DNA of 60,256 bases, counting the filler. It is 5 parts of 5 records of this genome, joined end to end, with 100 filler letters (N's around TTAATTAATTAA, not from the genome) between each part and the next. Parts side by side here need not be neighbours in the genome. Positions count along the whole stretch, not along the records: positions 48,043 to 60,256 come from SRR31156797_19899; 4 more parts are not named here. One strand, written 5' to 3'. This document shows positions 59,927 to 60,256 of this stretch, in pieces; position 1 is the stretch's first letter; every line of letters starts with the position of its first letter. The position numbers and the translations under genes are program-made. The notes under the pieces were generated by a model. It was not told where the DNA came from, searched no databases, and saw nothing but the letters and a program-made list of their open reading frames with translations.

Positions 59927-60256
59927 ATGAATGAAAATGAATATATAAAAAAAGAAGAATATGATAGAGTACAAGAGGAAAAAGAGGCTTTAGAGCGTAA
60001 AGTAAAAAAGTTAGAGAAACGTCTAGACTCTATCGTAAAGATCAATGATAATACCTTTAAAACCATTTTTAATAAAAATACATCTTTAGAAAAAAATGTA
60101 TATAGGTTTGATAGGATATTACAACAAAGTGATCGTCAAGGAAAATCGATTCTTATTCAAAAAGAGGAGCAAGAAAGACTTCTTTTTGCTCAAGCAAAAA
60201 TGGCTTTAATGGGAGAGATGATCGATAATATTGCTCACCAATGGAGACAGCCTTTA
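59927..60256 (+). CDS. Cytoplasmic histidine kinase with coiled-coil N-terminus (runs off window end)
   Basis: Not in the ORF track. Manual translation MNENEYIKKEEY...LLFAQAKMALMGEMIDNIAHQWRQPL (H-box). Confidence 0.85.
   Translation, partial: MNENEYIKKEEYDRVQEEKEALERKVKKLEKRLDSIVKINDNTFKTIFNKNTSLEKNVYRFDRILQQSDRQGKSILIQKEEQERLLFAQAKMALMGEMIDNIAHQWRQPL

Overview
This window is not one locus. It is five unrelated contig pieces joined by artificial 100-bp linkers (N44-TTAATTAATTAA-N44 at 5496-5595, 13636-13735, 21576-21675, 47943-48042). (1) 1-5495, GC-rich: a minus-strand iron-uptake cluster (feoA, feoB, FeoB-associated Cys-rich protein, flavodoxin, hypothetical, SAM methyltransferase, periplasmic binding protein). 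(2) 5596-13635, AT-rich, Campylobacterota/Arcobacter-like: nadE, Na/Pi cotransporter, a nearly Cys-free SdhB/SdhE look-alike fusion, a type-E sdhABE with no Tat signal, and a SORL fragment. (3) 13736-21575, very AT-rich, host unclear: MerR, DUF2809, Crp-PhlG-like pair, MNT-HEPN, then what looks like a decaying integron cassette array with no integrase in view (promoter, attI-like site, one clear attC, matching cassette core sites, TA module). (4) 21676-47942, Desulfovibrionaceae-like: a Schlafen/AlbA_2 islet between direct repeats at a probable tRNA 3' end, a FadR-regulated betAB-proX operon, a sigma54 activator with its target, and a glycerol regulon in which GlpAB is followed by a membrane HdrE/HdrC-like protein (with a CxxCH motif) and an HdrB-like protein instead of GlpC. 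(5) 48043-60256, Arcobacter-like: a dense signalling cluster (CBS-kinase, REC-wHTH-REC-REC-PAS, GGDEF, hybrid kinase, EAL, receivers) with a 56-bp imperfect inverted repeat flanking an OmpR-type gene. The strongest leads are the Glp-Hdr-like complex, the integrase-less cassette array and the cofactor-less Sdh pseudo-subunit. All family and taxonomic calls come from motif recognition by eye; no searches were run.
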